Of a DNA stretch of 64,000 bases, positions 11,760 to 23,327 are shown piece by piece (positions within the stretch are counted from its first letter, which is position 1; each line of letters opens with the position of its first letter). Position numbers and translations under genes: made by a program. The stretch lies in contig NIVC01002108.1 in assembly GCA_002269645.1 (NCBI GenBank), forward strand, positions 62,001 through 126,000. The letters run 5' to 3'. This stretch comes from Macrostomum lignano. Its lineage: Eukaryota. The notes below the pieces were generated by a model that worked only from the letters and a program-made list of their open reading frames with translations, did no database searches and was not told the origin of the DNA.

Positions 11760-12225
11760 CTTCAGTCCTGATTGACCTCCCGCACCAGCATCTTCGGCAT
11801 GCAGTTCAAGCAAAGCACAGAAGCACGCCTTACGATTTCTTGCACTATGTCGAGCCCATTCGTGCAGTGTTTCCTGTAGAAATCAATTTCAGGGCTTCAG
11901 ACTCGCTGTGCTTTAGACTTGGAGTTCCAAAAACACTAGCCAGCAAGACACGAAGTTGAAAAATGTGCTCCTCATCAATTGCAGCCAGGAAGTCGAATGC
12001 ACCTTCGCCTGCTGATTGTCTTTGAAGTCGAAGACTGCAACGGCAGTGTCGCAGACGAGGGAATCCTTACAGAACTCACACTTCTTCTTTGTCCGGAGTA
12101 ATGAACGGGCGCAGAAGCCGCTGATGCAGTAGACGATGGCCAGGTGACTTTTGTCCGGAAAGCAATCGAATACTACTTCGCCGTGAATTTGATCTGCCAG
12201 TTGCCGCAGGTCCTCTTCATCGAAC
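11760..12225 (-). pseudogene. P-element/THAP9-like transposase C-terminal remnant
   Basis: Manual minus-strand translation gives LAIVYCISGFCARSLLRTKKKCEFCKDSL, resembling the YIxGYVxRxL..CxxC motif of P-element transposases, followed by frameshifted FLAAID and HCTNGLDIVQEIVRR segments. Confidence 0.5.
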
Positions 12226-13177
12226 TATATTCTTATTCCGCAGCACCACTTCGATGTCAGTGACAGCAATACTGGAATACTTCAACAGAGAAACAGCTCT
12301 GATTTTCCTGTCGCTTTCAGATAGCTGGCGCAAATTGGCACAAAGACAGCTTTAGACTCTGCAGTTACGATGACTAACTGGAAATTCAACGTACATTTGT
12401 ACCCGTATGTTTTTAGTATCAACAAGACAATGTACAATAGTATGTGATTTTTCATATGCCCCATATTCTCTCTCATCTTTTCCCCATTTTTTCTTACCTG
12501 CTCGCTCATACCCTTCTAGGAGGAACGAGCCCTAGCAGGTCTTGTCTGTTGTCTGTTATTGGTCTCTGCCTGCCCCCGGTCCCCAGGCGGACTCCCATTT
12601 TTCGTTATCATCGCGCCAGCCTACTAGGCTACTACGGTCCGGGTCCGAGCGCCTCCACTTAAGAGTTGGTATTCCAGCTGCTAGATCTAGATTTCCTTGC
12701 CTGCGCCCACCCAGCCTCATCTTCAGCTTCCACTGGCTTCACTTCCTCTCTAGTCAAAGAATCTCCAGCAGTCTATCTATAAATAAAACAGAGCCTGTGA
12801 TTAACTGCCAGAGAGGAACACTGCTGGTCACTCACGGCTGGTCAGTAGCAAAATGGAATTCTTTCTTAGAAACGAGTAAAAGTGCATTGCACAGAAACCC
12901 GAGCCTTCTAAACGGTACGAGCAACGGTTAATCTGGCCCTCCCAAGCTGACTGCCTACCCAATGGCCTATACCCATGGGATGGATCTGTTACCCCACTAT
13001 ATCCCTTATCGTTTGCAAAGTTCGCTCTAATCAAAATATTTGGATAGCTGAAAGCAAATTTATTGCCAGCTGGAGGCAACGCATTTGCTTTGATGCCAAT
13101 GCTCTGCCACCCCCCCCCCCCACCCACCGCCAGTGACCGGCCTTCGGTATATTTCTAAAATTAACTCTATTAAAATT

Positions 13178-14000
13178 AAATGAGTGACCGTGGCGCTAAA
13201 GTGAGTGATTGCGACGCTAAAATGAGTGAGTTTGGTGCTGAAATGAGTGACAGTGGCGCTAAAATGAGTGACTGTGGTGCTAAAGTGAGTGATTGCGACG
13301 CTAAAATGAATAAGTTTGGTGCTGAAATGAGTGACAGTGGCGCTAAAATGAGTGAGTTTGATGCTGAAATGAGTGAGTTTGATGCTGAAATGAGTGAGTT
13401 TGATGCTGAAATGAGTGAGTTTGATGCTAAAATGAGTTTGATGCTGAAATGAGTGAGTTTGATGCTGAAATGAGTGAGTTTGATGCTAAAATGAGTGAGT
13501 TTGATGCTGAAATAAGTGAGTTTGATGGTAAAATGAGTGAGTTTGATGCTAAAATGAGTGAGTTTGATGCTGAAATGAGTGAGTTTGATGCTGAAATGAG
13601 TGAGTTTGATGCTGAAATGAGTGACAGTGGCGCTCAAATGAGTGACAGTGGCGCTAAAATGAGTGACAGTGGCGCTAAAATGAGTTAGTTTGGTGCTGAA
13701 ATGAGTGACAGTGGCGCTAAAATGAGTGAGTTTGGCGCTAAAATGAGTGACAGTGGCGCTAAAATGAGTGAGTTTGGTGCTGAAATGAGTGACAGTGGCG
13801 CTAAAATGAGTGAGTTTGGTGCTGAAATGAGTGACAGTGGCGCTAAAATGAGTGACTGTGGCGCTAAAATGAGTGAGTTTGGTGCTAAAATGAGTGACAG
13901 TGGCGCTAAAATGAGTGACAGTGGCGCTAAAATGAGTGACAGTGGCGCTAAAATGAGTGACTGCAGTGCCAAAATGAGTGACTGCAGCGCAAATTGAGTG
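13178..14000. repeat. 21-bp minisatellite (AAATGAGTGACAGTGGCGCTA and variants)
   Basis: Tandem array with two variant blocks. Confidence 0.96.
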
Positions 14001-14514
14001 TGAAGTCGTTGAGCGTAAAGGCATATCATGCAGCTACAGAAACCCAGTTGCAGCCTCTCCACAGTGGGAACTGTTACAACCCTACTAACCCTATATTGTG
14101 TTCACATTTCACCCACTTGGGCCGCATACCCTTAGTAGCCTCAGCGGTGGTGCGAGAGCATTCTGTTGCAATCGAAAAGTTCACTTTGTAACCTTCCCGG
14201 TTTATCATTCGCTTTTACGCAGAAATGCATGGCCACTTGGTTGCAGCAAAAATGATTTTCTTTCAGCGCAATGTTGAACTGCACCTGCGGAAGCACCTGC
14301 GGAATTTGCAATGCCCAGGAAATTCCTTCACGAACTATTCGACGAAAGCTTCGAATAGTGCATGGCTACATTCGGTGTGCAACGTTTTACGGCAAGTTTG
14401 TGTTATTCGGGGAGTAGAAGAAATGTTCGGGTTGTGCGTTGCAATTTTAATTTGAGGGTATCGCAACCCTGAGCGCCCCCTGTCTCTTGGTTCGCGTTGG
14501 CGTCCGTCTTTTTT

Positions 14515-15275
14515 GTGGGCGCCCCTGTCTCTTGAGTTGGGCGCCCCTGTCTCTTGAGTTGGGCGCCCCTGTCTCTTGAGTTTGGCGCCCCTGTCTCTTG
14601 AGTTGGGCGCCCCTGTCTCTTGAGTTGGGCGCCCCTGTCTCTTGAGTTGGGCGCCCCTGTCTCTTGAGTTGGGCGCCCCTGTCTCTTGAGTTGGGCGCCC
14701 CTGTCTCTTGAGTTGGGCCCCCTGTCTCTTGAGTTGGGCGCCCTGTCTCTTGAGTTGGGCGCCCCTGTCTCTTGAGTTGGGCGCCCCTGTCTCTTGAGTT
14801 GGGCCCCCTGTCTCTTGAGTTGGGCGCCCCTGTCTCTTGAGTTGGGCGCCCCTGTCTCTTGAGTTGGGCGCCCCTGTCTCTTGAGTTGGGCCCCCTGTCT
14901 CTTGAGTTGGGCGCCCCTGTCTCTTGAGTTGGGCGCCCCTGTCTCTTGAGTTGGGCGCCCCTGTCTCTTGAGTTGGGCGCCCCTGTCTCTTGAGTTGGGC
15001 GCCCCTGTCTCTTGAGTTGGGCCCCCTGTCTCTTGAGTTGGGCGCCCCTGTCTCTTGAGTTGGGCCCCCCTGTCTCTTGAGTTGGGCGCCCCTGTCTCTT
15101 GAATTGGGCGCCCCTGTCTCTTGAGTTGGGCGCCCCTGTCTCTTGAATTGGGCGCCCCTGTCTCTTGAGTTGGGCGCCCCTGTCTCTTGAATTGGGCGCC
15201 CCTGTCTCTTGAGTTGGGCGCCCCTGTCTCTTGAATTGGGCGCCCCTGTCTCTTGAGTTGGGCGCCCCTGTCTCT
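14515..15275. repeat. 22-bp minisatellite (GGGCGCCCCTGTCTCTTGAGTT)
   Basis: Highly homogeneous array with no spacers. Confidence 0.97.
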
Positions 15276-15854
15276 ATGGATGCCTCTGCAGTTAAACTAA
15301 GTTTGTTTTAATATGCACTAACCACACTACTGGTTTGATAAATCTTCAGTAGCATATCATTCATTTGAGTGTAAATAATTAATTGTATGTTTTGCATGCG
15401 AACTGCCCTATATGCTGAATTTTCACTTTGGTAACAGAAATTAATTACGGCAAAATTGTTTTGCAAAAAGTAAAAAAATATCTATCTATTTAATAAAAAT
15501 AGAACAAAGCATAGTTCAGTTGCGCGTACTTCTAATCTACATTCTTGTTAAAAAATTTTAATGAGAAAAACGGTGTTCAACCAAAATACACAGGTTACTC
15601 TGCTATGCAGTATCAGGAGATCAGAGAGCTATAATTGAGCAAAGCAGAAAATCCTTGTCTTACTGTGGCGGAAAGAACAGGCAATTAATTTGAAGCAGAA
15701 GAATCAAAGACAGCAAAGTAGAGGAGCCAAAAATCTTTGAGGCCCGGTTTAGATGAACGCGTAAGTTAAAAAACTTCAATTTGGTGAACAAATAACTTCA
15801 ACCGGCCTCCGAAAACACTAAGGGGTCACGTTGTCTGCTCATCTATCAAAACGG

Positions 15855-16600
15855 CGGGATGGCGGCTCATCAAAGGAACAACTCAAAGGGACGGGATGTC
15901 GGCTCATCAAAGGAACAACTCAAAGGGACGGGATGTCGGCTCATCAAAGGAACAACTCAAAGGGAACAGGATGTCGGCTCATCAAAGGAACAACTTAAGG
16001 GAACGGGATGTCGGCTCATCAAAGGAACAACTCAAAGGGACGGGATGGCGGCTCATCAAAGGAACAACTCAAAGGGACGGGATGTCGGCTCATCAAAGGA
16101 TCGAACAGCTTAAGGGAACGGGATGTCGGCTCATCAAAGGATCGAACAGCTTAAGGGAACGGGATGTCGGCTCATCAAAGGATCGAACAACTCAAAGGGA
16201 CGGGATGTCGGCTCATCAAAGGATCAAACAACTTGAGGGAACGGGATGTCGGCTCATCAAAGGATCGAACAGCTTAAGGGAACGGGATGTCGGCTCATCA
16301 AAGGATCGAACAACTCAAAGGGACGGGATGTCGGCTCATCAAAGGATCAAACAACTTGAGGGAACGGGATGTCGGCTCATCAAAGGATCGAACAGCTTAA
16401 GGGAACGGGATGTCGGCTCATCAAAGGATCGAACAACTCAAAGGGACGGGATGTCAGCTCATCAAAGGATCAAACAACTTGAGGGAACGGGATGTCGGCT
16501 CATCAAAGGATCGAACAGCTTAAGGGAACGGGATGTCGGCTCATCAAAGGATCGAAAAGCTTAAGGGAACAGGATGTCGGCTCATCAAAGGAACAACTCA
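15855..16600. repeat. 37/41-bp minisatellite (GGGATGTCGGCTCATCAAAGGAACAACTCAAAGGGAC)
   Basis: Period 37 bp, rising to 41 bp where ATCG is inserted. Confidence 0.95.
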
Positions 16601-16733
16601 AAAGGATGAGATGCCGGCGCTTATCAAAGGAATGGGCTGTCTCTTCAAAAGGAAAGGAAAGCAGAAGCAGTTATACAAGAATCGCATCAGATCACAGCTC
16701 CTAAGACGTCAGGTAGGCAGGCGGCAATCTGGA

Positions 16734-17489
16734 TCAGGGGTAGAAGGCGGTGCTGAAGAACAGTCCATGCTGTCGGCCCATCCGCATCATTCCAGCCGAC
16801 ATAGGAGTCTGGTAGGACTTGTCGTAGGAGCCCGGCGCCGGGACCTTGTTGTAGGATGAGACAAACCGTGGGCAGCTGGAACGGAACGATGAGCGCACGC
16901 CCTGCTGGCTCAGCGTGCTCCGACTCGAATCGTACGCACCTGGAGGCGGTCCTTCGCGCGGCTCGAACTCCTTGATGACGCGACGGGATCGCGACTTGAA
17001 GCAGGAGCCTCTGGCTGGCTCGGGGTCGACGCGGATGCTGTGGTAGGTCTCCACGTTGTACTGCCCGGGTGTCAGGTTCGACAGCTGTCGATCTACCAGA
17101 CCTTCGGTCAGTGCGTCCAGCGAGGATTTCTTCGAGTTGCGGAAACCGTAGCTGCGAATGTCTTTGCTCATCTCGTCAGTGAAGCTGCGGTGGCTGTAGG
17201 CTCCAGGCGGCACTCCGCTGCCTCCACCGCCGCCCAGGCCCGTTGCCGCTTCAAGGTTGCGCTGCCGGCCGGAGCTCTTGAAGGTAGACGAAGGATAGTT
17301 GACTCGCTGTATGGAGCTGACCTCGCGCGGCTCGTACTGACCGACTGCCGGGTAGCGGTTGAGCTGGTCCCGCCACCACGCGCTGCGGTCGGTGGGTTTG
17401 TACCGGTCCCAGTCGTTCAGGGGCGCTGGCGGCAGTACTCTTGGCTGGTGCTGGCGTCTCTCAGTAGGCAGCGCTTCCAGCTGGCTCAT
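16734..17489 (-). CDS. STPG4: Sperm-tail PG-rich repeat protein 4-like (STPG4/C2orf61), intronless CDS
   Basis: 251 aa with Kozak GCCGCCATG. Motifs in the order I recall for human STPG4: AWWRDQL, LTPGQYNV, GSCFKS, REGPPPGAY, SSFRSSCPRF, KVPAPGSY, RMGRQHGLFF. Confidence 0.85.
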   Translation of the reverse strand: MSQLEALPTERRQHQPRVLPPAPLNDWDRYKPTDRSAWWRDQLNRYPAVGQYEPREVSSIQRVNYPSSTFKSSGRQRNLEAATGLGGGGGSGVPPGAYSHRSFTDEMSKDIRSYGFRNSKKSSLDALTEGLVDRQLSNLTPGQYNVETYHSIRVDPEPARGSCFKSRSRRVIKEFEPREGPPPGAYDSSRSTLSQQGVRSSFRSSCPRFVSSYNKVPAPGSYDKSYQTPMSAGMMRMGRQHGLFFSTAFYP

Positions 17490-19454
17490 GGCGGCTACAG
17501 CGGCTTCTCTTTTTTTCCCGTTGCAGAAGAATTTACTTTTACCGGAAAATGTACAGTCTCGATGCTGATGCAGCTATGACAACAGGTGGGATGAGCTGAT
17601 TGGAAAGTTCCCCCGGTTTGCGCCTTTCCTCCCCTTTATTCAATTCTCTTTTTACCGGCTGCGTTTTCAGCCGCTCAAAACCAGCTCAGGAGGGCCTCTG
17701 TCTGGGCGCGGGTCGATGGCGCTTGCGACAGCGGGATGCTGAGTGGGAAGAGGGAGGAGGGGAAGAGGGAGAGTCAGTGCTTGAATGAGAATAAACTGAG
17801 TATGTTTAAGAGTTTTTAAAGAGCAGTTCTGGGGGAGCGGCTGGCATAAATCATTCAGTGGTTGGGGTGGTCGTAGACTGTTTTATTCTGTCTCTACATT
17901 TCTCGCCGCATTGTCACTGAGCAGACAGCCTGTGTCCTCTCCACCCCCTGTCTCTCTGTCTTTCTCGTTCCTGAAGCAACTGCTCAAACTCAGCAACGGT
18001 ATAGTGGCAGTGTCAGTTTCTACTTCATACACCGCTGCAGGAGTATCTCTCTCTCGCTCGCTCTCTTCATCCAGCTCACAGCCTCTCCTCCCTTCATCTC
18101 CGCCCTCCCAGCCAACAAGCGCACTGGATAGAGACTGCGGCACCGCGCACCAGAACCGGTCTAGCGCCTGAGCTTGCTGGGACTGAGCTATCTATGGGCT
18201 AAGAGAATGAAAAAAATATTGAAATGAGGAGGGTGAGTTTGAAGTGGCTGAGTTGATCTGTTTGAACGGCTCACAGAGAGGAGTGCAGAAGAGACAGGAG
18301 AGAGAGAGGGAGAAGGCAGTCTGCGGCGGAAGACGCCCTCCTCACCACCTGAAAATGCATCGCACACAAGTGCAGGTGCTGCAGGCGCATCTCAGAACGG
18401 TGGCTGCGGGTGGGGTGTGAGGTTGAGCCCAGGAAAAAATATTGGCATAGCGACGAGCCTCACATTCTCCGCTAGAGCTCATGTTCTCTGTCTGTCTATT
18501 TTTTATTCGGCTTAAGCTTTACTGTAACGTTGCACCAATGCCGTCAGCTGCTGAATGCGCAGCCAAGTTTGCCAAGCCACCAGTTCGTAAAAAAAGTTTT
18601 GTTTAATAGCGTTTTAGCGCTTTCTAACGGAAGTCCTAAAAAGGGGCGGGACTTTGTCAACTTTGTTACATGGTTAACACTGAGTAAACTTTTTTGAGTG
18701 AGTAGCTATAACCCTACATAACTGTGTTGGTAGTAAACATGCGCGATTTCTTCACCCAAAATCAAATTTTAGACATTCTTAATTTGTTTTCTCACATCAA
18801 TGCAGGTCTGAGTTATCTATGTGCCAGAAAAGTTCAAGATGTCAAAATAGTTCAAATGAGTACCCAAGGACAATTACAAAGTTTTTGTCCTACACATAAA
18901 ACTGGGTGTAATTCAATGTCAAAAAATGAAAATAAGCTTCAAAAGAACTTGCCTAACTACTATCAGGCCTCGAAGTCTGTGTTTCATTCAGTTTTTGTTA
19001 TTTTACTACATGCCCAAATAGAACTCAACTTGTTTTTCCAACAATTCTTGGCAACGGCAATTCGATGGAGTGAGTTGCATTCGATTCTAGAACTGAGACT
19101 AGAACTGAACTGAATCGCAAAAACTGAGAGACCTTTCTAATGGCTTATGTTTCGACTCTAAGAAATAACCTGACCCTCGAATTTCCAGGCACAATTGATT
19201 TCCTTTTGAATTTATTATCAACTCACCTGCTTAAGACATGTTATTCAGTAAATAACAAGTAGCAACTGAAGACGGGAAAAAGGTTGCTTGGGTAGACAGG
19301 TTCTTTCATAAATCTGCTGTCGCATCTACCTTAACAATACAATTTTACTTTGCCATGATGTCGGAAACGGTCTGCTGAAATGTAAAATTAACAACCAGTG
19401 TGCAGAGAACTCCGGTCGAGTCTCAGGCACTTCAGCTTGAGTAAAGTCCCGTCT

Positions 19455-20263
19455 TCAGTAGAACCCAAACGCGATGAACTCGCAGATTGTCAGAGCCTGT
19501 GGCGGGTCGCTGCGAGCCACAACTCGGACCCGAGAGCCGAAAGCGCCGCAGGTGAAGTTGGCCACGGAGAACGGAGCGCTGAGCCTCACCTGGTTGCACA
19601 CGGACCCGTCAACCAGCAGGTCGAACTTGTTGAGCCTCTCAGCGCAGCAGTCCTGCCTGTTGTGGATGGTGACGAAGGACACAAACAATGGAACAGCCAG
19701 GCCGGCCTCCCACCACTCGTTAGCACTGGACTTTGTGTGGGTGCACATGTCATTCGAGCTGCTGGATCTGGCGTCGCCATCGAATGCTCGGTCGCAAAGA
19801 TACCTGTCCGCATAGTAGTTGGAGCTCTGGCTGCAGTTCAAAAACTTCAGCTTTTTGATGTCTGAAATTATGAAAGCTGTGAGAACAGATAAATGCAGAG
19901 GAATTTGTGAAGATAAGCAATAAATGTCAGAGTTGCAAAATCTCGTCTAAATTTACCCAGCACGTAGACATCGCACGAGCCGGTGCTGACCCAGGCGCTG
20001 GCATTGAGGAACGCCTGCAGGTCGAACAGCCGACACGCTCCGAGCAGCCAGTAGAAGCCGAAGCAGCCCGGCCTGCGGCTGCACAGGAAACCACAGCTGA
20101 TCTTGTTCGGTCTGGGCTGCACGAGAAACTCCGGCGGAGCGACGGCGCTGCTCTTGTTGACTCGATCGAATCGATCAGACTTGGTGAGCACTTCAGCAGA
20201 GGCAACCAGCAGAGACACTGAGCCACAGAGCGCGAGCACACAAACCGGAAAGGAAATCGGCAT
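19455..20263 (-). CDS. Secreted PAN/apple + F-type lectin (fucolectin) domain protein
   Basis: Exons 20263-19957 (signal peptide MPISFPVCVLALCGSVSLLVASA; PAN-like SCGFLCSRRPGCFGF..C) and 19861-19455, joined by a phase-1 GT-AG intron. F-type lectin motifs AFDG, CTHT, WW, NRQDCCAERL and LTICE are present. Confidence 0.9.
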
Positions 20264-21147
20264 GCTTTTGAATGCAGAATCTGATGCAGTCTGTCGACCT
20301 GCTTCCAGTCTTCGATTTCCAGCTGCGAGCTATGCAGCGCTTTTAAGACTTTTCGCGTTTTTTTTCCAACGACATTTCGTGACATTCGCTATGCATTGTG
20401 AACCCAAACTGACTGCTAAAAAAAGCGTTTGCTTAAACCTTGGTGTTCGCGTGACTTCAAGCGCGACTCCAGCCAAACTCACACGCAGTTTCTGACTGAC
20501 TGCATCAGGCGTTGGAAGCTCGTGGGCACAGGAAGAAAAGTTTTTTCTTCTCTGAAAATCATTGATAGTAAATTTCAGAATTCTGTTTGTACTTTTGTGT
20601 CCAATATTGTTTAGTCAGTGAGAGAACAGTGGAAAATACATGTAGCAATGCAGCATCAGCGCGACTCTCAGAGCATCGAAGGCCTATTAAAACCTGATCC
20701 AACATAAATAATTAAATTAACAACAAATCAGAGATCCATAAGTATCCACAGAGATCCACAGTCCGGCTGCATGTCTGCATGGTTCCAGTTTGTCTTCCAA
20801 GTTCTTTTAGGGTAATTTAATTAGAAAATCTGGAACCTGCTTAATGTTTTCATCTGTCTTAGGACGTCGCAATTATCTTCTTAGATGATCACTCATTGAA
20901 TGCCATCTCCAGAAACGAGCTTGCTGGGGCATATATTATCAGCATTAAACCTTCTGAGCCCGTCAGACTGCAAGCACACTTTCAGCAAATTCCAGACTGC
21001 CTGGAAACTACAGCTGAAGTCACAGCAACAGGCAACTGAGTTGCTGAGTAGATTTTATGGCTTAAAAGTCATGTGCAGAGAGCTTTTTATCAAACGAGAC
21101 CAAAGCAACTATGTTTAGTAAATGAAGCTGGGGCCGCAGGCGGGCCA

Positions 21148-21645
21148 TCACTTTCTATTCTCATTCTCCAGCTCCTTCATGTACAGCGCAAACAGCGGCG
21201 GTGACATCTGGATGTCGATGTTAGGCTGGCGCAGTCGCACCGCTCTGGGATGCTGCGGCAGCGGGTAGGGCCCGAAAATCCTCAGCGTGGTGTACTTTGA
21301 GGAGTCCTCGCCAGCCGTCCAGCCGATGTGGATGTAGTCGCCGTACAACAAGTTGTACCACCTGCTGTGCACCCTGTACGAGTTCACCAGGGTGCCCGAG
21401 ATGCTGTGATCGTAGTACCACATGGTGGTCCCGGAGTCGTCCCGGTGCAGGAAGATGAAGCCGTGGTAGCGGCACACCCGCGTGTCCTCAACCAACATGA
21501 GGTCGTTCTCGCGGTCGCTGCCGATTCGGTACACGGAGTCGTAGAGCTCGAACACAAAGTCGGGGAATATTCGAGGACAGAGATTGCGCGGCTCCAGCAT
21601 GCCCCAGGGGCGCCTGACGCCGTCCTGCTGCTGCTGCTGCTGCAT
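21148..21645 (-). CDS. Stand-alone degenerate FHA-domain protein, intronless
   Basis: 165 aa; PWGML..YRIGSD..VCRYH..DHSISGTLVN..LLYGDYIHIG follows the FHA pattern with substitutions at the phosphothreonine-binding positions. Confidence 0.75.
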   Translation of the reverse strand: MQQQQQQDGVRRPWGMLEPRNLCPRIFPDFVFELYDSVYRIGSDRENDLMLVEDTRVCRYHGFIFLHRDDSGTTMWYYDHSISGTLVNSYRVHSRWYNLLYGDYIHIGWTAGEDSSKYTTLRIFGPYPLPQHPRAVRLRQPNIDIQMSPPLFALYMKELENENRK

Positions 21646-21743
21646 ATCACCTTGGCATTGCTTAGTAATAGAATGATTAGTGCGCTATGCAGGACGGAAG
21701 CCACTATTATATCATTGTTGAGGTGATTTTTAAGTCCTTCAAT

Positions 21744-21935
21744 CAAGGAGTTCTATAAGTAGCAATCTGGAGTGGAAACGAGTTTTTCAGTTTTACCTCA
21801 TGAGGCCAGACTAGCATAGACAGAGTCAGACAGAGCCATAGACATTCAGTGCTGGCTCCTTATTCTTTACAATTGGCGTGGCCTCATGAGGTAAAACTCG
21901 CTTCCGCTCCAGATAGCTAATTGTAGAACTCCTTG
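21744..21935. mobile_element. MITE-like long inverted repeat
   Basis: Arms CAAGGAGTTCTA..TCTGGAG..TTTTACCTCATGAGGCCA and TGGCCTCATGAGGTAAAA..CTCCAGA..TAGAACTCCTTG are reverse complements. No TSD found. Confidence 0.7.
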
Positions 21936-22795
21936 CCTCCAATGAAGCCGGATCTTTTACACCTTGGATGTCTATGGCCAAAACACGAAAAGCAACTTAG
22001 AAGCCGAGTGTAATTCATAATACGCCTAACGCACAATATATCAATAATCTTATAATAACAATATATGTAATTTCATACAGTACTTTAATTGACCTTTGAC
22101 GCCCGCTCGATCTGAACTGCTGCTCACTTTTACTCAAAACCTTAAACAGTTCTGTACCTTTATAGATGTCAAAAAGAACGCCTATGAAAACAGTCCCCCT
22201 CGGAGAATACGAGCTACAGCTGTAGTTGAATATCTTGACGGCCTGGAAGGCTTCCGAAGTGATTCCAAAAACAATGACCATTTCATTGACTTCGATTCGC
22301 AACCCTTCACGGTCTTCACGGGACCAAATCCGAACGGTTATGAAAAATACAGTCAAAAATGCAGAAAGTGAAATCGAACTCACGACCCTAGACTAAAGCA
22401 AACACGGAGTTCCGCCAGGCGGCGCCTCTGCGCAGAGTTGCCAGTGCAGGCGCCTCATCGGCTTTCGCCCACAGGAAGAGCCGCAGAAGCAATCAGACCT
22501 GTACTGCACGCCGAATAATGGCGAGCCCCTCTGAGAGCAGAAGCTGCTGCAAAACTCGTGCGACATCCTGCTGCTGATCTTTTTGGAGCAGCCGAAGCAG
22601 GCGAACTGAGTGACCGCACCGCACCGGCGACTGTACGGGCAATGATAGCAGAGTTCTTGCGGGACATTAGGTACCTTTTGCTGTTGGCGAAGGCTGCTCA
22701 GCTACCTGCTTTATACTCACCACAACTAAAGGTACATTGTTGCAGACACTTCTCGTTGTACTACTTATAGTAGCAAACCTGAGAATAAACTATAG

Positions 22796-23095
22796 GTTGT
22801 AGCCTAGTGGGGGTTGTAGCCTAGTGGGGTTGTAGCCTAGTGGTTAGAGCGTGGGACTCACGACTTGAGGGTCAGGGGGGGGGGGTTCGATTCTCGAACC
22901 ACTCGGAACAATATCCGTCCTTGAGCAAGACACTTAACTCTGCATTGCTTCAGCTCACGCAGCTGTAAAATGGGTGCCAGTATTGACATGTTATTTGAGG
23001 GGAGTGGCGACCCTCAGTCCTTGGACTGAACAGGCATACGAGATTCGCCGCGCAATAGCTGCGGTTGAGCTGTCGGTTGCACATCAATAAAGAAT
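22796..23095 (+). mobile_element. tRNA-derived SINE with CORE-like central domain
   Basis: A box TAGCCTAGTGGTTAGAGC, B box GGTTCGATTC, then CCTTGAGCAAGACACTTAACT..CTGTAAAATGGG (22919-22974), resembling the MIR CORE. The first about 15 nt are triplicated. 3' boundary approximate. Confidence 0.8.
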
Positions 23096-23327
23096 TGAGC
23101 AGAACGATTACTGCATTTGCTCACAGTATTTTATGCTATTTTGTCACCTTTGTATTTTTATCAAGATTAGTGTTTTTCAGTTTGTTGGAATTTGTTTAGA
23201 AAAATCTTTCCAAAGAGATAGATTTGGACTCTGGTAGTGTGAATCAATTCATTCCGCTATCTTGGATGCCCTTAAGTATCTAAATATTGCAGTTTGAAAA
23301 TTAATCAATAGTAATTCCAGCGTCTTG

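Noticed and set aside
12500-12660. Possible retroposon 3' end on the minus strand with a GACAA-like tail
   Set aside because: No TSD, coding remnant or Pol III boxes found, and no real similarity to the 59349-59710 insert beyond the tail.
14515-16600. Possible CRISPR-like arrays (22-bp and 37-bp repeats)
   Set aside because: Units are head-to-tail with no unique spacers, no cas genes, and the context is eukaryotic.
17040-17579. 179-aa plus-strand ORF
   Set aside because: Antisense shadow of the GC-rich STPG4 CDS with no motifs.
18724-19113. 129-aa ORF in AT-rich DNA
   Set aside because: No recognisable domain, splice context or codon bias.
22015-22770. Coding-looking fragments between the FHA gene and the SINE
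   Set aside because: Short stop-interrupted frames that I could not assign to any family.
22827-22905. tRNA gene
   Set aside because: The T-arm region is interrupted by a G-run, there is no acceptor stem or terminator, and it continues into a CORE-like body, so it is a SINE head.
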